DNA of 64,000 nucleotides from Methanotrichaceae archaeon (GCA_963754945.1 CAVWIG010000017.1:96001-160000); one strand, 5' to 3'; positions 31,288 through 40,941 are shown, counted from the stretch's first letter. The notes: generated from the letters alone by a model not told the origin. Numbers and translations are program-made.

Positions 31288-31952
31288 CCGGAATGCCCAT
31301 GAGCGAGGCACCAGCATATGGCCTCTGGTCTTTGGTCGTAATCAACTCCCTGATATTCATAATCTTCGCCTTCAGCTTTACAAGACCTAAAACAAAACGT
31401 GACTGGCGCTCATTAGGGGGGTTCGCAGCTTTCATAGTTGCACTGTTCACAGAGATGTACGGCTTTCCTCTGACCATTTATCTGCTCTCGGGCTGGCTGG
31501 CAAGCCGCTATCCTGGGCTGGACCTGTACTCCCACAACTCCGGGCACCTCTGGAGCGATCTACTGGGCTCAACAGGGAACCCCCACCTGGCCCCGATTCA
31601 CATAATCAGCGATATCATGATCCTGGGTGGGCTGTATCTCCTGGCCTCGGCATGGGAAGTGCTGTACAAGGCGCAGAAGAACCATACGCTTGCGACGACA
31701 GGGCCTTATGCCCACGTCCGCCACCCTCAGTACGACGCTTTCATACTGGTCATGCTCGGATTTCTGGTTCAGTGGCCCACAATAATTACCTTGATCATGT
31801 TTCCCATACTAGTCTGGATGTACAAGAGACTTGCAGGCCAGGAGGAAAAAGAGATCCTTGCGGAATTTGGGGAGGAGTATTCCAAATACGCTGCTGTTAC
31901 TCCCGCGTTCATTCCGCGATTTGGATCAAAATCGAATAAATCCGCTGAATAA
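31284..31952 (+). CDS. Isoprenylcysteine carboxyl methyltransferase-family membrane protein
   Basis: ALFTEMYGFPLTIY, GPYAHVRHPQY, EE...AEFGEEY..Y...PAF. Confidence 0.88.
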   Translation: MTGMPMSEAPAYGLWSLVVINSLIFIIFAFSFTRPKTKRDWRSLGGFAAFIVALFTEMYGFPLTIYLLSGWLASRYPGLDLYSHNSGHLWSDLLGSTGNPHLAPIHIISDIMILGGLYLLASAWEVLYKAQKNHTLATTGPYAHVRHPQYDAFILVMLGFLVQWPTIITLIMFPILVWMYKRLAGQEEKEILAEFGEEYSKYAAVTPAFIPRFGSKSNKSAE

Positions 31953-31982
31953 GAGGTGGTGGTGTACCTCAAAACTGGTATA

Positions 31983-32036
31983 GTCAAAACTGCGACAGCG
32001 CACCCCGCTGCAGAGAAGCGGGGTATTACGATAAAA
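31983..32036 (+). mobile_element. Minimal palindromic IS200/IS605-derived element (54 bp)
   Basis: GTCAAA...GCGCACCCCGCTGCAGAGAAGCGGGGTATTACGATAAAA then ATAAA; both ends match element B. Confidence 0.8.
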
Positions 32037-32125
32037 ATAAATATAACACTTTAAGATATTAAAAATGTGCCTTTGGCGAGAAAAAGGATAATGGTAGGGA
32101 ACCTGAAGGCGATCCTCTTTGCAAT

Positions 32126-32489
32126 CTACTTATCACTCTTGAGCCAGGCCCAAGCCTTGTCGATATTGTCAGAGTGGAAGAATTTTACGTTACGAGCATA
32201 GAAGGGTCTGGCCAGGTGTGATATCCACTTCTCCCATGTCCTATTGCCGACTATTGCCAGTTTTTGGATCTTTTTATGAAACTCAATTCCAAATTCCAGA
32301 TCCTGTAACCAGGTCTCCAATTTTTCCCATTCGAAATCGGTCAGATCAATCAACATGCATACGTTTCCTTCCTTTTCTACTAAATCTCTGACCTCAGGCT
32401 CTAACTTCAGGTAGTTCGGTAGCCGTTATCACTCCAATTGCTTTATAGCCTACTACATTTCCCGAACTTTCAGATAATTTTTCGATCAT
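32126..32489 (-). pseudogene. SpoIIAA-like (STAS/SEC14) protein with frameshift near 32416
   Basis: MIEKLSESSGNVVGYKAIG.IT / YLKLEP...MLIDLTDF...KLAIVG..W...AWAWL. Confidence 0.75.
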
Positions 32490-32680
32490 TTCGTATCCCT
32501 CTAATATACTTAGCTATAACTTGTCGAAACTATTTAGTGTTGTCGCAATATATTCTGTTGCGCCCTATGGTGTTGTAGCATAATGGTATAGTTGATTGAT
32601 TTTTGATAGAACTTTCAGCACTTTCAAAGCAAAATTCAATCAAGGCAATAGTAAGTAAGATGAAGGTTCAAAAAAGATTA

Positions 32681-33002
32681 ATCGGCAACGTTATGATTCT
32701 GGGCGGGTTGTCTGTTAGCCACATCCTGGGACGTGCTATACAAGGCGCAGAAGAACCATGTGCTGGCAACGACTGGGTCATATGCCCACGTCCGTCACCC
32801 TCAGTACGACGCCTTCATACTGGTCATGCTGGGATTCCTTGTGCAGTGGCCGACGATTCCAACCGTGATCATGTTTCCCATTCTCGTATGGATGTACAAG
32901 AGACTCGCAAGCCGGGAAGAAAAAGAGATTCTCGCGGAATTTGGGGAGGAATATTCCAAATACGCTGCGATAACGCCTGCATTCATTCCGCGGTTTAGAT
33001 AG
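32681..33002 (+). pseudogene. Partial second copy (3' half) of the ICMT-family gene
   Basis: Collinear with about 31604-31922; lacks the 5' half and has a frameshift at its start. Confidence 0.8.
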
Positions 33003-33016
33003 ATGTTAGGCTTGGC

Positions 33017-33280
33017 CTACATCTTTTCCATCATTTTCAGCGCGTCTTCAAGTGGCAACGCGGGGGCTACATGAGGTACCCCAATTTCTCTGAAAGGGTG
33101 TGTTATCTTTAGGATCGCCTCTTCACTAGGAGCTTCGAATATCGCTACAGAGATGTGCCTTCCTATCAGAAGGTATCTGCCGATCAATTTCACTTCTTTA
33201 GGAAACTTGAATTCTTTCCACGCGGTCAGAAGTTTCGCTGTGTTCTCCGGCTTCCACTCGAACCATAGTACAAATAACAT
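33017..33280 (-). CDS. DUF3303/GYD-like small protein
   Basis: MLF...WKPE, K.IGRY...G, I.EA.SEEA, P.L..E pattern; GGAGGTGA RBS. Confidence 0.65.
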   Translation of the reverse strand: MLFVLWFEWKPENTAKLLTAWKEFKFPKEVKLIGRYLLIGRHISVAIFEAPSEEAILKITHPFREIGVPHVAPALPLEDALKMMEKM

Positions 33281-33373
33281 AGTTTCACCTCCGTATCGTA
33301 TATGTAATGTATGTATATGATGTACAAGATTTAAAAACTTTTCTTAATGCGATCACAAATATTGAGGGAAATC

Positions 33374-33595
33374 TCAGGAAACGTGGATTACCTCGGCTGG
33401 GCAGTTATCAGAGGCTTTTATCACGCAATCTATTAGATCATCAGGCGCCTCGCCTTCACCCAATTCCCCCGACCTGTATTTCGCTACAATCTCGCTGAAG
33501 TTGTCGTCCGTATTTTGCTCAAAAAATTCTGGGCAGCTTTCCCAGCATGCACCGCAGCTTATGCAGCCATCGCGATCTATCACTACCTTCGTCAT
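33374..33595 (-). CDS. Single-cluster ferredoxin
   Basis: CISCGAC...CP and C-terminal CP; AGGAGG RBS. Confidence 0.9.
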   Translation of the reverse strand: MTKVVIDRDGCISCGACWESCPEFFEQNTDDNFSEIVAKYRSGELGEGEAPDDLIDCVIKASDNCPAEVIHVS

Positions 33596-33611
33596 GAATT
33601 GCCTCCTTAAG

Positions 33612-33666
33612 ATACAGATCTGTATACCGTATTTATGCGCAAATAGTATTTTCGCGAAAATATAAA
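33612..33666 (-). promoter_or_regulatory. Ferredoxin promoter with stacked palindromes
   Basis: TTTATA box (33661-33666, minus) followed by TATTTTCGCGAAAATA, TATTTATGCGCAAATA and ATACAGATCTGTAT. Confidence 0.55.
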
Positions 33667-33712
33667 GTGATCGGGATTCGAAAGGGTCGTACCTCGAATC
33701 TATTCAGTTTGC

Positions 33713-33856
33713 TTATTTCAGATATTTCTCGGGCGCTTCTTCAAACGCCTTCTTGCATCCAGGCGCGCAGAAGAGTGAGGTCTTTCCCTTATACTCGCTT
33801 TTGAGCTTCGCGGTCTTCTCATCCACGGACATCTTACATACTGGATCTATGGCCAT
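33713..33856 (-). CDS. YHS-domain small protein 4 (47 aa; not in ORF track)
   Basis: MAIDPVCKMSVDEKTAKLKSEYKGKTSLFCAPGCKKAFEEAPEKYLK. Confidence 0.85.
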   Translation of the reverse strand: MAIDPVCKMSVDEKTAKLKSEYKGKTSLFCAPGCKKAFEEAPEKYLK

Positions 33857-34071
33857 ATTAGCTCAACTCTTGTCATTTTTTAGTTTCACAAGCGGTATAT
33901 ACATTTCGACACCAAATGCAAATTGCTGTGTTCGAAGAGCCAAGAGTTATCGCCGAAAGGGCCGTTCCCGTCAGCCACAAATTCCTCCTTCACGGGTGAT
34001 TGTGCGTTTGTTGACCATTTTCTTGCCGAAATAGAAAGCTTTATATCTCGACGATTGACGTATGTAGTATT

Positions 34072-34150
34072 GGCAGAAGTCTAATCTCATTTCGTTCCCC
34101 CTTCCTGTGATTAAGGCTTTTGCCCCTCCTAATCAATGCAAAGCGTTTTT
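34072..34150 (+). ncRNA. Candidate small RNA with CU-rich loop
   Basis: BRE/TATA GAAAGC-TTTATAT at 34034-34046; 15-bp stem 34072-34086/34109-34124; T-run at 34146-34150; no ORF. Confidence 0.45.
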
Positions 34151-34527
34151 ATATAATTATCGAGCCAGAGAACCGTCACTTCCAGGATTGAAGACGAAGA
34201 ACCTATACCCACTCATCCATCCAAAATCAAAGCTGCTATGCTAGTGAGGCTGTTCAAAGCGATTGATGCCTTTGGAGGAATTTAAGCCACTTACATCCCG
34301 TCTTCAGAAAATAGAGAATGCCATTAATTGTTTCTGCGTACTTGGCTCTTTTCTTCCAACCCTTGGTTGCGGGGCAAGAAACACTTAATGTACTGCCACT
34401 GATCCTCAGTCAAGTCTGAGAACTTCAAGCTACCCCTTCGAGGGAGATTATAAAGGGATACAAATAGTTTTGAAAAGGGGTTCTATAGATGATGTGATTA
34501 TGCATGGATGATCAGCACGAATACAGG

Positions 34528-35556
34528 TCATCTTACGATACTGACATCCCACTTAGTGTCTTTCCACCATGAGCCTTCCAGAAGGGTTACATTGTAGCCC
34601 ATGAGCTTCAGGGCATAGAATAGCGAGTATGCTGCGGGAGTGCCGTAGACAAGCTGGGTCTTTTTCTTGTCCAGCCTTATACCAAAGATGTCGTCGAGGG
34701 TTTTGGCGTCCTTGATCTTGAAGTTGTCCTGGTAGAGCTTTGGAGCGTCCAGCGGTAAGGCGGCATTGGTCAATTTGGCTAGACCGTACTCCGAGAAGTC
34801 CCGGGCGTCGAGGATCTGAATGTCAGTTCGGTTTAACCACCTGCTCAACTGGTTCTCGGTTACCAGAAGGCTTGGGACAACATGAGACGTGTAGTTGGAC
34901 TCCTTGAGGTTGGGCACGAATTTAACCAGTCCTTGCCCTGCCTTGGTTGCTTCGTCTATGCTTCCATCCATCTTGGTCAGGTTTTTATGCCCTAGGTAGC
35001 TCAGTGCCCAGAGGATGTACGAACCCTTATCGTCATTACCACCGTATATCAGAATATGATCTGAATCATTCACGCCGATCTTCTGCAGCGCCCGTTCCAT
35101 CATGGTCGGATTCAGATTTCCATTTGATTGGGTGTCCATCCAATTCAGGTTCCTAGCTCCAGGAAGGTGGCCCTTCGCATATTCCTCGGGTGTGCGGACG
35201 TCTATTATTACCATGCCATCCGTCTTCGAACCAGCCGAGAAGATGAGCTCTGGCTTTGCAAATTCAATGGCTTTTCCCGCGGTGGCATCTTTGCCTCCTT
35301 TGGAAGGCGTACTCGCTGGAGTTATTATGTTCCCGGCGTTATCGCATATCTGGGCCTTCTTGGCCAACCAGGCATCGAAATTGGCGTAGTCAGGGCAGGT
35401 ACAGCAGAACGAACCGTCCTCGGTCCCCGCCTGGACTGGGCCTATTATCATATTCAAGTTCAGGACGGCCAGAACAAGCTGAAACATTACTGCCCCAGCT
35501 ACGATAGAATTCTTGGTATGCACGCCATCGATGAATCTCTGTTTGCTGTGGTCCAT
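34528..35556 (-). CDS. Secreted tandem-rhodanese protein
   Basis: Signal peptide; IDVR.PEEY..GHLPGA and LDAR..EY motifs. Confidence 0.85.
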   Translation of the reverse strand: MDHSKQRFIDGVHTKNSIVAGAVMFQLVLAVLNLNMIIGPVQAGTEDGSFCCTCPDYANFDAWLAKKAQICDNAGNIITPASTPSKGGKDATAGKAIEFAKPELIFSAGSKTDGMVIIDVRTPEEYAKGHLPGARNLNWMDTQSNGNLNPTMMERALQKIGVNDSDHILIYGGNDDKGSYILWALSYLGHKNLTKMDGSIDEATKAGQGLVKFVPNLKESNYTSHVVPSLLVTENQLSRWLNRTDIQILDARDFSEYGLAKLTNAALPLDAPKLYQDNFKIKDAKTLDDIFGIRLDKKKTQLVYGTPAAYSLFYALKLMGYNVTLLEGSWWKDTKWDVSIVR

Positions 35557-35686
35557 GCTCACTCTCCTAGACAGAGGACCTTCGTCCGCCAGCATTGTAT
35601 TTTAGGCTTACAGTAACGACAAGATATAAATACATATGATCTGACATTATAGTAGAACAAAGTACTATAATGTACTTGTTTATACA

Positions 35687-36508
35687 TTGATTGGGGTTGA
35701 GACCTTGCAGGGAAAATCGATAAGGATGGAGCGGATCTTCAACAGAAGCACAGGCAAAACCGTCATCGTTCCCATGGACCACGGCGTGACTGTAGGACCA
35801 ATAAAGGGCATCAAGAGCGTTAAAGCTATTGCGGAGGCCGTAGCATCCGGGGGTGCCGACGCGGCCATAGTTCACAAAGGCTCTGCCATCTTTGGGCACA
35901 GAGGATATGGCCGAGATCTAGGCCTGATAATCCATCTCTCAGCCAGCACCAGCCTTGGCCCCGACCCAAACAGCAAAGTCCTGGTGGCCACCGTAGAGGA
36001 GGCCCTCAAGCTGGGAGCCGATGGCGTAAGTGTACACGTCAATATCGGAGCCGATGACGAGGGCAGTATGCTGACCACTTTCGGAGAGATCTCACGAAAG
36101 TGCAATGAGTGGGGTATGCCTCTACTTGCCATGATGTACCCTCGCGGAAAGAAGATCAGCGATGAGTACTCCCCTGAGGCCGTTGCCCACGCCACCCGCG
36201 TAGGGGCAGAGCTAGGCGCCGATATTGTCAAGACCAACTACACCGGAGATCAGGACAGCTTCTCCCAGGTGGTTGAAGGCTGCCCGGTCCCCGTGGTCAT
36301 AGCAGGCGGTCCCAGAGTTGAGTCGGAGATGGATCTTCTGTCTATGGTCGAGGGGGCCATTGACGGAGGGGCCAGAGGCGTGGCCATAGGACGAAACATC
36401 TTCCAGGCCGTTGACCCAACTTTGATCACAAGAAGGATCTGTGCAGTGGTCCACGACGGAATGAGTGCAAAGGAGGCCATGGGGATCTCAGCTCCTCACA
36501 AGATCTGA
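35687..36508 (+). CDS. aroA': 2-amino-3,7-dideoxy-D-threo-hept-6-ulosonate synthase (DhnA-type aldolase, AroA')
   Basis: PMDHG, HLSAST, MMYPRG, ADIVKT, AGG, GRNIFQ. Confidence 0.85.
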   Translation: MIGVETLQGKSIRMERIFNRSTGKTVIVPMDHGVTVGPIKGIKSVKAIAEAVASGGADAAIVHKGSAIFGHRGYGRDLGLIIHLSASTSLGPDPNSKVLVATVEEALKLGADGVSVHVNIGADDEGSMLTTFGEISRKCNEWGMPLLAMMYPRGKKISDEYSPEAVAHATRVGAELGADIVKTNYTGDQDSFSQVVEGCPVPVVIAGGPRVESEMDLLSMVEGAIDGGARGVAIGRNIFQAVDPTLITRRICAVVHDGMSAKEAMGISAPHKI

Positions 36509-36624
36509 CAATTTATGAGCCCATCCCTTTTGTAAGACAATGAAATGGTCTGCATTGACTGATACGGATTGACCCCCACAGACTATGTGGAGGATTAAAA
36601 TTAAGAAGAAAAAGCGCAACCTTA

Positions 36625-37587
36625 TTGGCAATGAGCTTGTTGCTAGGCCCCCTCATTTTTATCTTGGTCGTGGTAATCCCTTCCGGAGGGACCGATTACA
36701 CTTCTATGCAAAGTGGTCCTCATCTCATCATCTCCTCAATAAACGGGACACTGGAGATAGACAGGCCAGGAACAATCTGGTTCGATATTAAGAACGATGC
36801 CAATGCATCTGCTGTTGGCCAGAACGCGTCGGGCCAAAGGTTTCCTGCCTGGTTACAACCGGGTTATGGAACCAACGTCTCAGATGCCATTGGTGTTTCT
36901 GTGGAGCTACTGCCAAAAGATGCTATGTTCGAGATGCTCACAGGTCCTCAGCTTGCTGGATCGCTCGAAAGCGGGAAAAACCGGACTGTCGAGTTTAACT
37001 TGCGAACAGGCGGGACGGCAGTGCCGGGAGTCTATCCCGTTGACTTATTGGTTACATATCGCAGACTCTCGGGGGTGCAGACATCTGGTGATCCTGAACA
37101 GCCGGATGTGGCCTTTCAATATGCAAATGTTTCTGAAACTATTCCGGAGGAGGTGAATGTAGTTCAGGGGCCAAGGATACTAGTCGATGAGGTCAAGGAC
37201 GGTGTACCAGCAGGCACAGAATCAGAGTTAAACCTCATCTTAGCCAATAGTGGCGATCTCCCTGCAACAAATCTTCGAGCCAAAATTTTATCAAAGGCGC
37301 CTTTCAGCTCTGCTGAAGGAGCGTTACTTCTTGGAAGTCTAGCTCCTGGACATTCCGCCTTAGCCAAGTTCATGGTCAAGACAGAGAACACGACAGTCCC
37401 TGACACTTATGCTCTCCAGATCAGCGTCGACTACCTGGATGGCAAGACCCTACAGAAGGAGGAGCTGGCAGCCATCGTACCAGTGAAGAGCCAGTCGGAG
37501 ACTGGGTCTGTGCTTGCTCCTGCAGCGGGAGCACTGGTTCTGATATCCGCTGCATATGTCCTCGCCAGGAAGTACCAGGGAGGGTGA
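36625..37587 (+). CDS. COG1361-type S-layer/Ig-like surface protein
   Basis: Signal peptide, repeated GSL..G...F.L/V...PG.Y beta modules, C-terminal TM helix plus basic residues. Confidence 0.7.
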   Translation: MAMSLLLGPLIFILVVVIPSGGTDYTSMQSGPHLIISSINGTLEIDRPGTIWFDIKNDANASAVGQNASGQRFPAWLQPGYGTNVSDAIGVSVELLPKDAMFEMLTGPQLAGSLESGKNRTVEFNLRTGGTAVPGVYPVDLLVTYRRLSGVQTSGDPEQPDVAFQYANVSETIPEEVNVVQGPRILVDEVKDGVPAGTESELNLILANSGDLPATNLRAKILSKAPFSSAEGALLLGSLAPGHSALAKFMVKTENTTVPDTYALQISVDYLDGKTLQKEELAAIVPVKSQSETGSVLAPAAGALVLISAAYVLARKYQGG

Positions 37588-37677
37588 GGAAGAAAAAGAA
37601 AGAGACGATGGTGAGGAAGAAAAAGAGTGCATAGGCTGCAAAAGCGGAGCTGGCCAGCCAAGAAAAGTGACTGCCAA

Positions 37678-38916
37678 TCAAGCTGTCAGCCGTTCGAACT
37701 GAGCCTGGGCTCTTTCAAGAATCATCTCCTCGCCCGGGATGACACCGCCTGTCATAAGGGCGCGGCCATTGACAATTGTTGTGTCTACTCCGCCTGCCAT
37801 GCTATAGATCAGGTGGGAAATGATGCTCGTCTCCGGTGTAAACCAGGGCTTCTTGAGATCAATCAGGGATAGATCAGCCAGAGCTCCCTCTCGCAGTCCT
37901 AAGTCGAGCCCAAAGGCCTTGTAGGCGTTTTCCGTCGCGATCTGCCATACCTCCTCTGCCAGCATGACATCGGGCCTTCTGCAGGCTGTCTTCTGGACGA
38001 TCGCCATGGTCTTCATCTCCTCGAAGAGGCTTAGGTTGTTGTTGCTCGAAGCCCCGTCTGCCCCGAGGCACACGTTGGCTCCTGCCTTCAATAGGCTAAC
38101 TACCGGGGCTATTCCCGCAGCCAGCTTAAGATTGCTAACCGGGCAGTGGGCTACGTTAACCCCGCGCCGTGCGAGTAACGTTATGTCCTTTTCAGACAGC
38201 CAGACGCAGTGAGCGGCCACCAATCTATTGCTCAGGAGCCCGAGAGCGTCCAGGTACTCCACCGGGCTTTGGCCGTGCTTTTTGATGGACTCCTCCACCT
38301 CCCCCTTCGTCTCCGACAGGTGGGTATGAAGCATTGCATCGTACTTCTCCGCCAGATCACTGGCGCGCAGCAGAGTCTCCTCCGAGCAAGTGTAGATGGC
38401 ATGGGGGCCAACAGCGGGATGGATCAGATCGTCTCCGCTCCAGTCTTTGAGAAACGACTCTGCCTCGACCTTCAACTCGGGCCGAGCATCGAAGAGCACT
38501 CCGGATAGGAATGCCCGAAGACCCATCTCCTTTGTCGCAGCCGCAGTCTCATTCATGAAATAGTACATGTCGTTGTAGCAGGTTATGCCGAACCTGATCA
38601 TCTCTAAGCAACCAAGCTTTACTCCCCAGCGTATGTCCTCTGACGTAAGCCGGGCCTCCATGGGCCAGATCTTCTCCGTGAGCCAGGGCATGAGGGCCAT
38701 GTCGTCAGCGTAACCACGGAAGAGGGTCATGGCAAGGTGGGTGTGAGAGTTTACGAGGCCGGGAATCGCCAGCTTGCCGTGACCATTGATGGTTTCATCA
38801 TCGTTTTCGTCCTTGAGGTCGCGACCTATCTTGGAGATCCTGTTCCCCTCGATCAGGATGTCGCGGCCTTTAAGGAGAGCGCAGGACTGCAGAAGCGAGA
38901 CGTCTTTGATCAGCAT
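37678..38916 (-). CDS. 5'-methylthioadenosine/S-adenosylhomocysteine (5'-deoxyadenosine) deaminase-like amidohydrolase
   Basis: HTH, GPHAIYTC, HLSET, AAHCV, SNLKL, DG.SSNN. Confidence 0.88.
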   Translation of the reverse strand: MLIKDVSLLQSCALLKGRDILIEGNRISKIGRDLKDENDDETINGHGKLAIPGLVNSHTHLAMTLFRGYADDMALMPWLTEKIWPMEARLTSEDIRWGVKLGCLEMIRFGITCYNDMYYFMNETAAATKEMGLRAFLSGVLFDARPELKVEAESFLKDWSGDDLIHPAVGPHAIYTCSEETLLRASDLAEKYDAMLHTHLSETKGEVEESIKKHGQSPVEYLDALGLLSNRLVAAHCVWLSEKDITLLARRGVNVAHCPVSNLKLAAGIAPVVSLLKAGANVCLGADGASSNNNLSLFEEMKTMAIVQKTACRRPDVMLAEEVWQIATENAYKAFGLDLGLREGALADLSLIDLKKPWFTPETSIISHLIYSMAGGVDTTIVNGRALMTGGVIPGEEMILERAQAQFERLTA

Positions 38917-39047
38917 AGGCTACTAGCAACGAAGAGATGAATATTAAAATTATCGAAATGGTGGACGATGGAATAGAAACTGAGAAATAGGATGCATACC
39001 GGACATCGCTAGGCTTAAAAGGCATGGACATAATGGAATGCAAATGA

Positions 39048-39153
39048 GCTGAGGTAGCCAAGCGGCCTACGGCGCTGGTCTTGAGGTCCGAAATCTTGGA
39101 CATGAAAACCAGTGGTGCATCGCACCTCGTGAGTTCAAATCTCACCCTCAGCG
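39048..39153 (+). tRNA. tRNA-Ser(UGA) with a 21-nt intron (39086-39106)
   Basis: GCTGAGG/CCTCAGC acceptor stem, G discriminator, long variable arm, GTTCAAATC T-loop, anticodon TGA 39082-39084, bulge-helix-bulge at 37/38, TTAAAA box upstream. Confidence 0.9.
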
Positions 39154-39414
39154 TAATTTTATTGGTAACTTGCTCTTGAGTCCTAGGCCGAGGAGTTATT
39201 GCCGCCCTGGCTCCAGGCAAGTCGCGTCTAAATCGCCGCCATATTCTGACTGATGCCCAGAAATACTGTCCGATGGCCGGAGTGCGTGTAACTTGCAAAA
39301 ATCTCCTCCAAAATAGAGCCCTGTACCGACTAGGCTCGAAACTCCGTGAGGCAAACTCGATATTCCATTAGTTTATGGGCACGGATTGGGCCCGTTGCGC
39401 GATCTCGATTAACC

Positions 39415-40941
39415 GTACTTGCTCAATATTACGTTGAATTCCCCAATCGAGTGAGTGCATGGACCAAAAATTATTAATACATATATCTAAAATATTTTGT
39501 TTGTGCCAGATATCATACACGAGGCCATAATCAACCTCGATGTAGACAAGATCAACTTCGACGATAAAGAAGCGATGAAAGAATTGATCCTCCAGCTTCT
39601 AAGCACAATAGAGCAATTAGCCCAGTCAAATCAAGAACTCCGCAAAGACAATCAACAGCTAAAGGATGAAATAAACCGCTGAAAGGTGAGAAAGGCCGTC
39701 CTAAAATACTGCCGGACAATCCTGAATACCAGGCTAATGTGCCGAAGGAAAAACCCAAAAAATGGCATAAAGATAGCAAGAAACCAAAGATAAAAATCGA
39801 CAGGACAGAATACATTAAAATTGATAAATCGATTCTTCCACATGATGCCAAGCATAACGGCTATAGACGGGTCATAAAGCAGAACATAAAATTTGAAACC
39901 GACAACGTGGAATATTGGTTGGAACGCTACTATTCGCCGTCCCTGAAAAAGACCTATGAAGCAGAACTTGCCGAGTCCCTTAAGAACACGGAATTTGGAA
40001 GTCATCTGAAAGCATTCATCGCTTACCTCTACTATGCGGGAAGGGTTACTGAGAATAGGATCCACAAGATCCTAGAAGAGATCGGCATAATAATCTCGGA
40101 AGGCGAGATCTCAAACATACTGACCAAGGAAAAGAGCAATGCATATGCGATAGAGAAGCAGGCCTTATTTGAAACTGGTGTGAATCGGGCTGATTATCTT
40201 AACATTGATGAGACAGGCGCGAGGCATAAAGGCAATAACCATTATTTGCACGTTGTCTGCAACAAGTTCTTTAGTGCTTTCTTTATCAGGCAAACCAAAG
40301 GAAGTGATACAATCAGACATTTCTTTGGGCTAAATGATGAGGAGCAGATAGATTTACCCATTATCTCGGATGATGCCGGGCAGTACATAGATGTATCGTC
40401 ACACCATGCTCTGTGCTGGATACATGAAATACGACACTACAAAAAGATGAATCCTTTTCTAATTCATCATAAGTCGGTTCTTAATATGTTTTTAACTGAG
40501 CTTTGGAAGTTCTATGAATTGCTTACACAATATAAGGAGAATCCTAATAAAATTATGAGTAAGTATGTCCAGGAGAGGTTTGATTCGATATTCTCGACAG
40601 TAACTGGTTACGGGACGTTGGATGATCGCATTACAAAGACTAAGAAAAAGAAACAAGAGTTGTTGCTGGTGTTGGATTTTCCAAATGTTCCGCTTCATAA
40701 CAATCTCGCAGAGATAGCTGTGCGAGAAGGTGTGATCAAGAGAAAAATCAGTTATGGAACAAGAAGTGAACTCGGCAAGCTTGCATGGGAAAACATGCTC
40801 TCTATAATCGATACTTGCAGGAAGCTCGGAATAAGCTTTTACAAATATCTTTATGATATATTCTCAGATAGTTATTCTATGCCAAAGTTATCCGATCTCA
40901 TTCTCAGTGCTAGTAAAATCAACTGATTATTGAGCAAGTAC
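39415..40941 (+). mobile_element. IS66-family (single-ORF, ISBst12-like) element
   Basis: TIRs GTACTTGCTCAATA / TATTGAGCAAGTAC; near-perfect 8-bp duplication GATTAACC / GATTAAAC. Confidence 0.85.
39497..40926 (+). pseudogene. IS66-like transposase with frameshift near 39679
   Basis: Coiled-coil ORF (..EINR) continues as LKGEKGRP in another frame; IDETG, ISDDA, LCWIH, HNN.AE motifs. Confidence 0.8.

Noticed and set aside
37583-37626. Duplicated GGTGAGGAAGAAAAAGA between convergent genes
   Set aside because: Only two low-complexity copies; probably T-rich terminator tracts of the minus-strand gene
39048-39153. Selenocysteine or pyrrolysine tRNA
   Set aside because: Anticodon is UGA (reads UCA, Ser), not UCA or CUA; acceptor stem is a normal 7 bp
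38870-39298. 142-aa minus-strand ORF
   Set aside because: Shadow of the tRNA and its promoter
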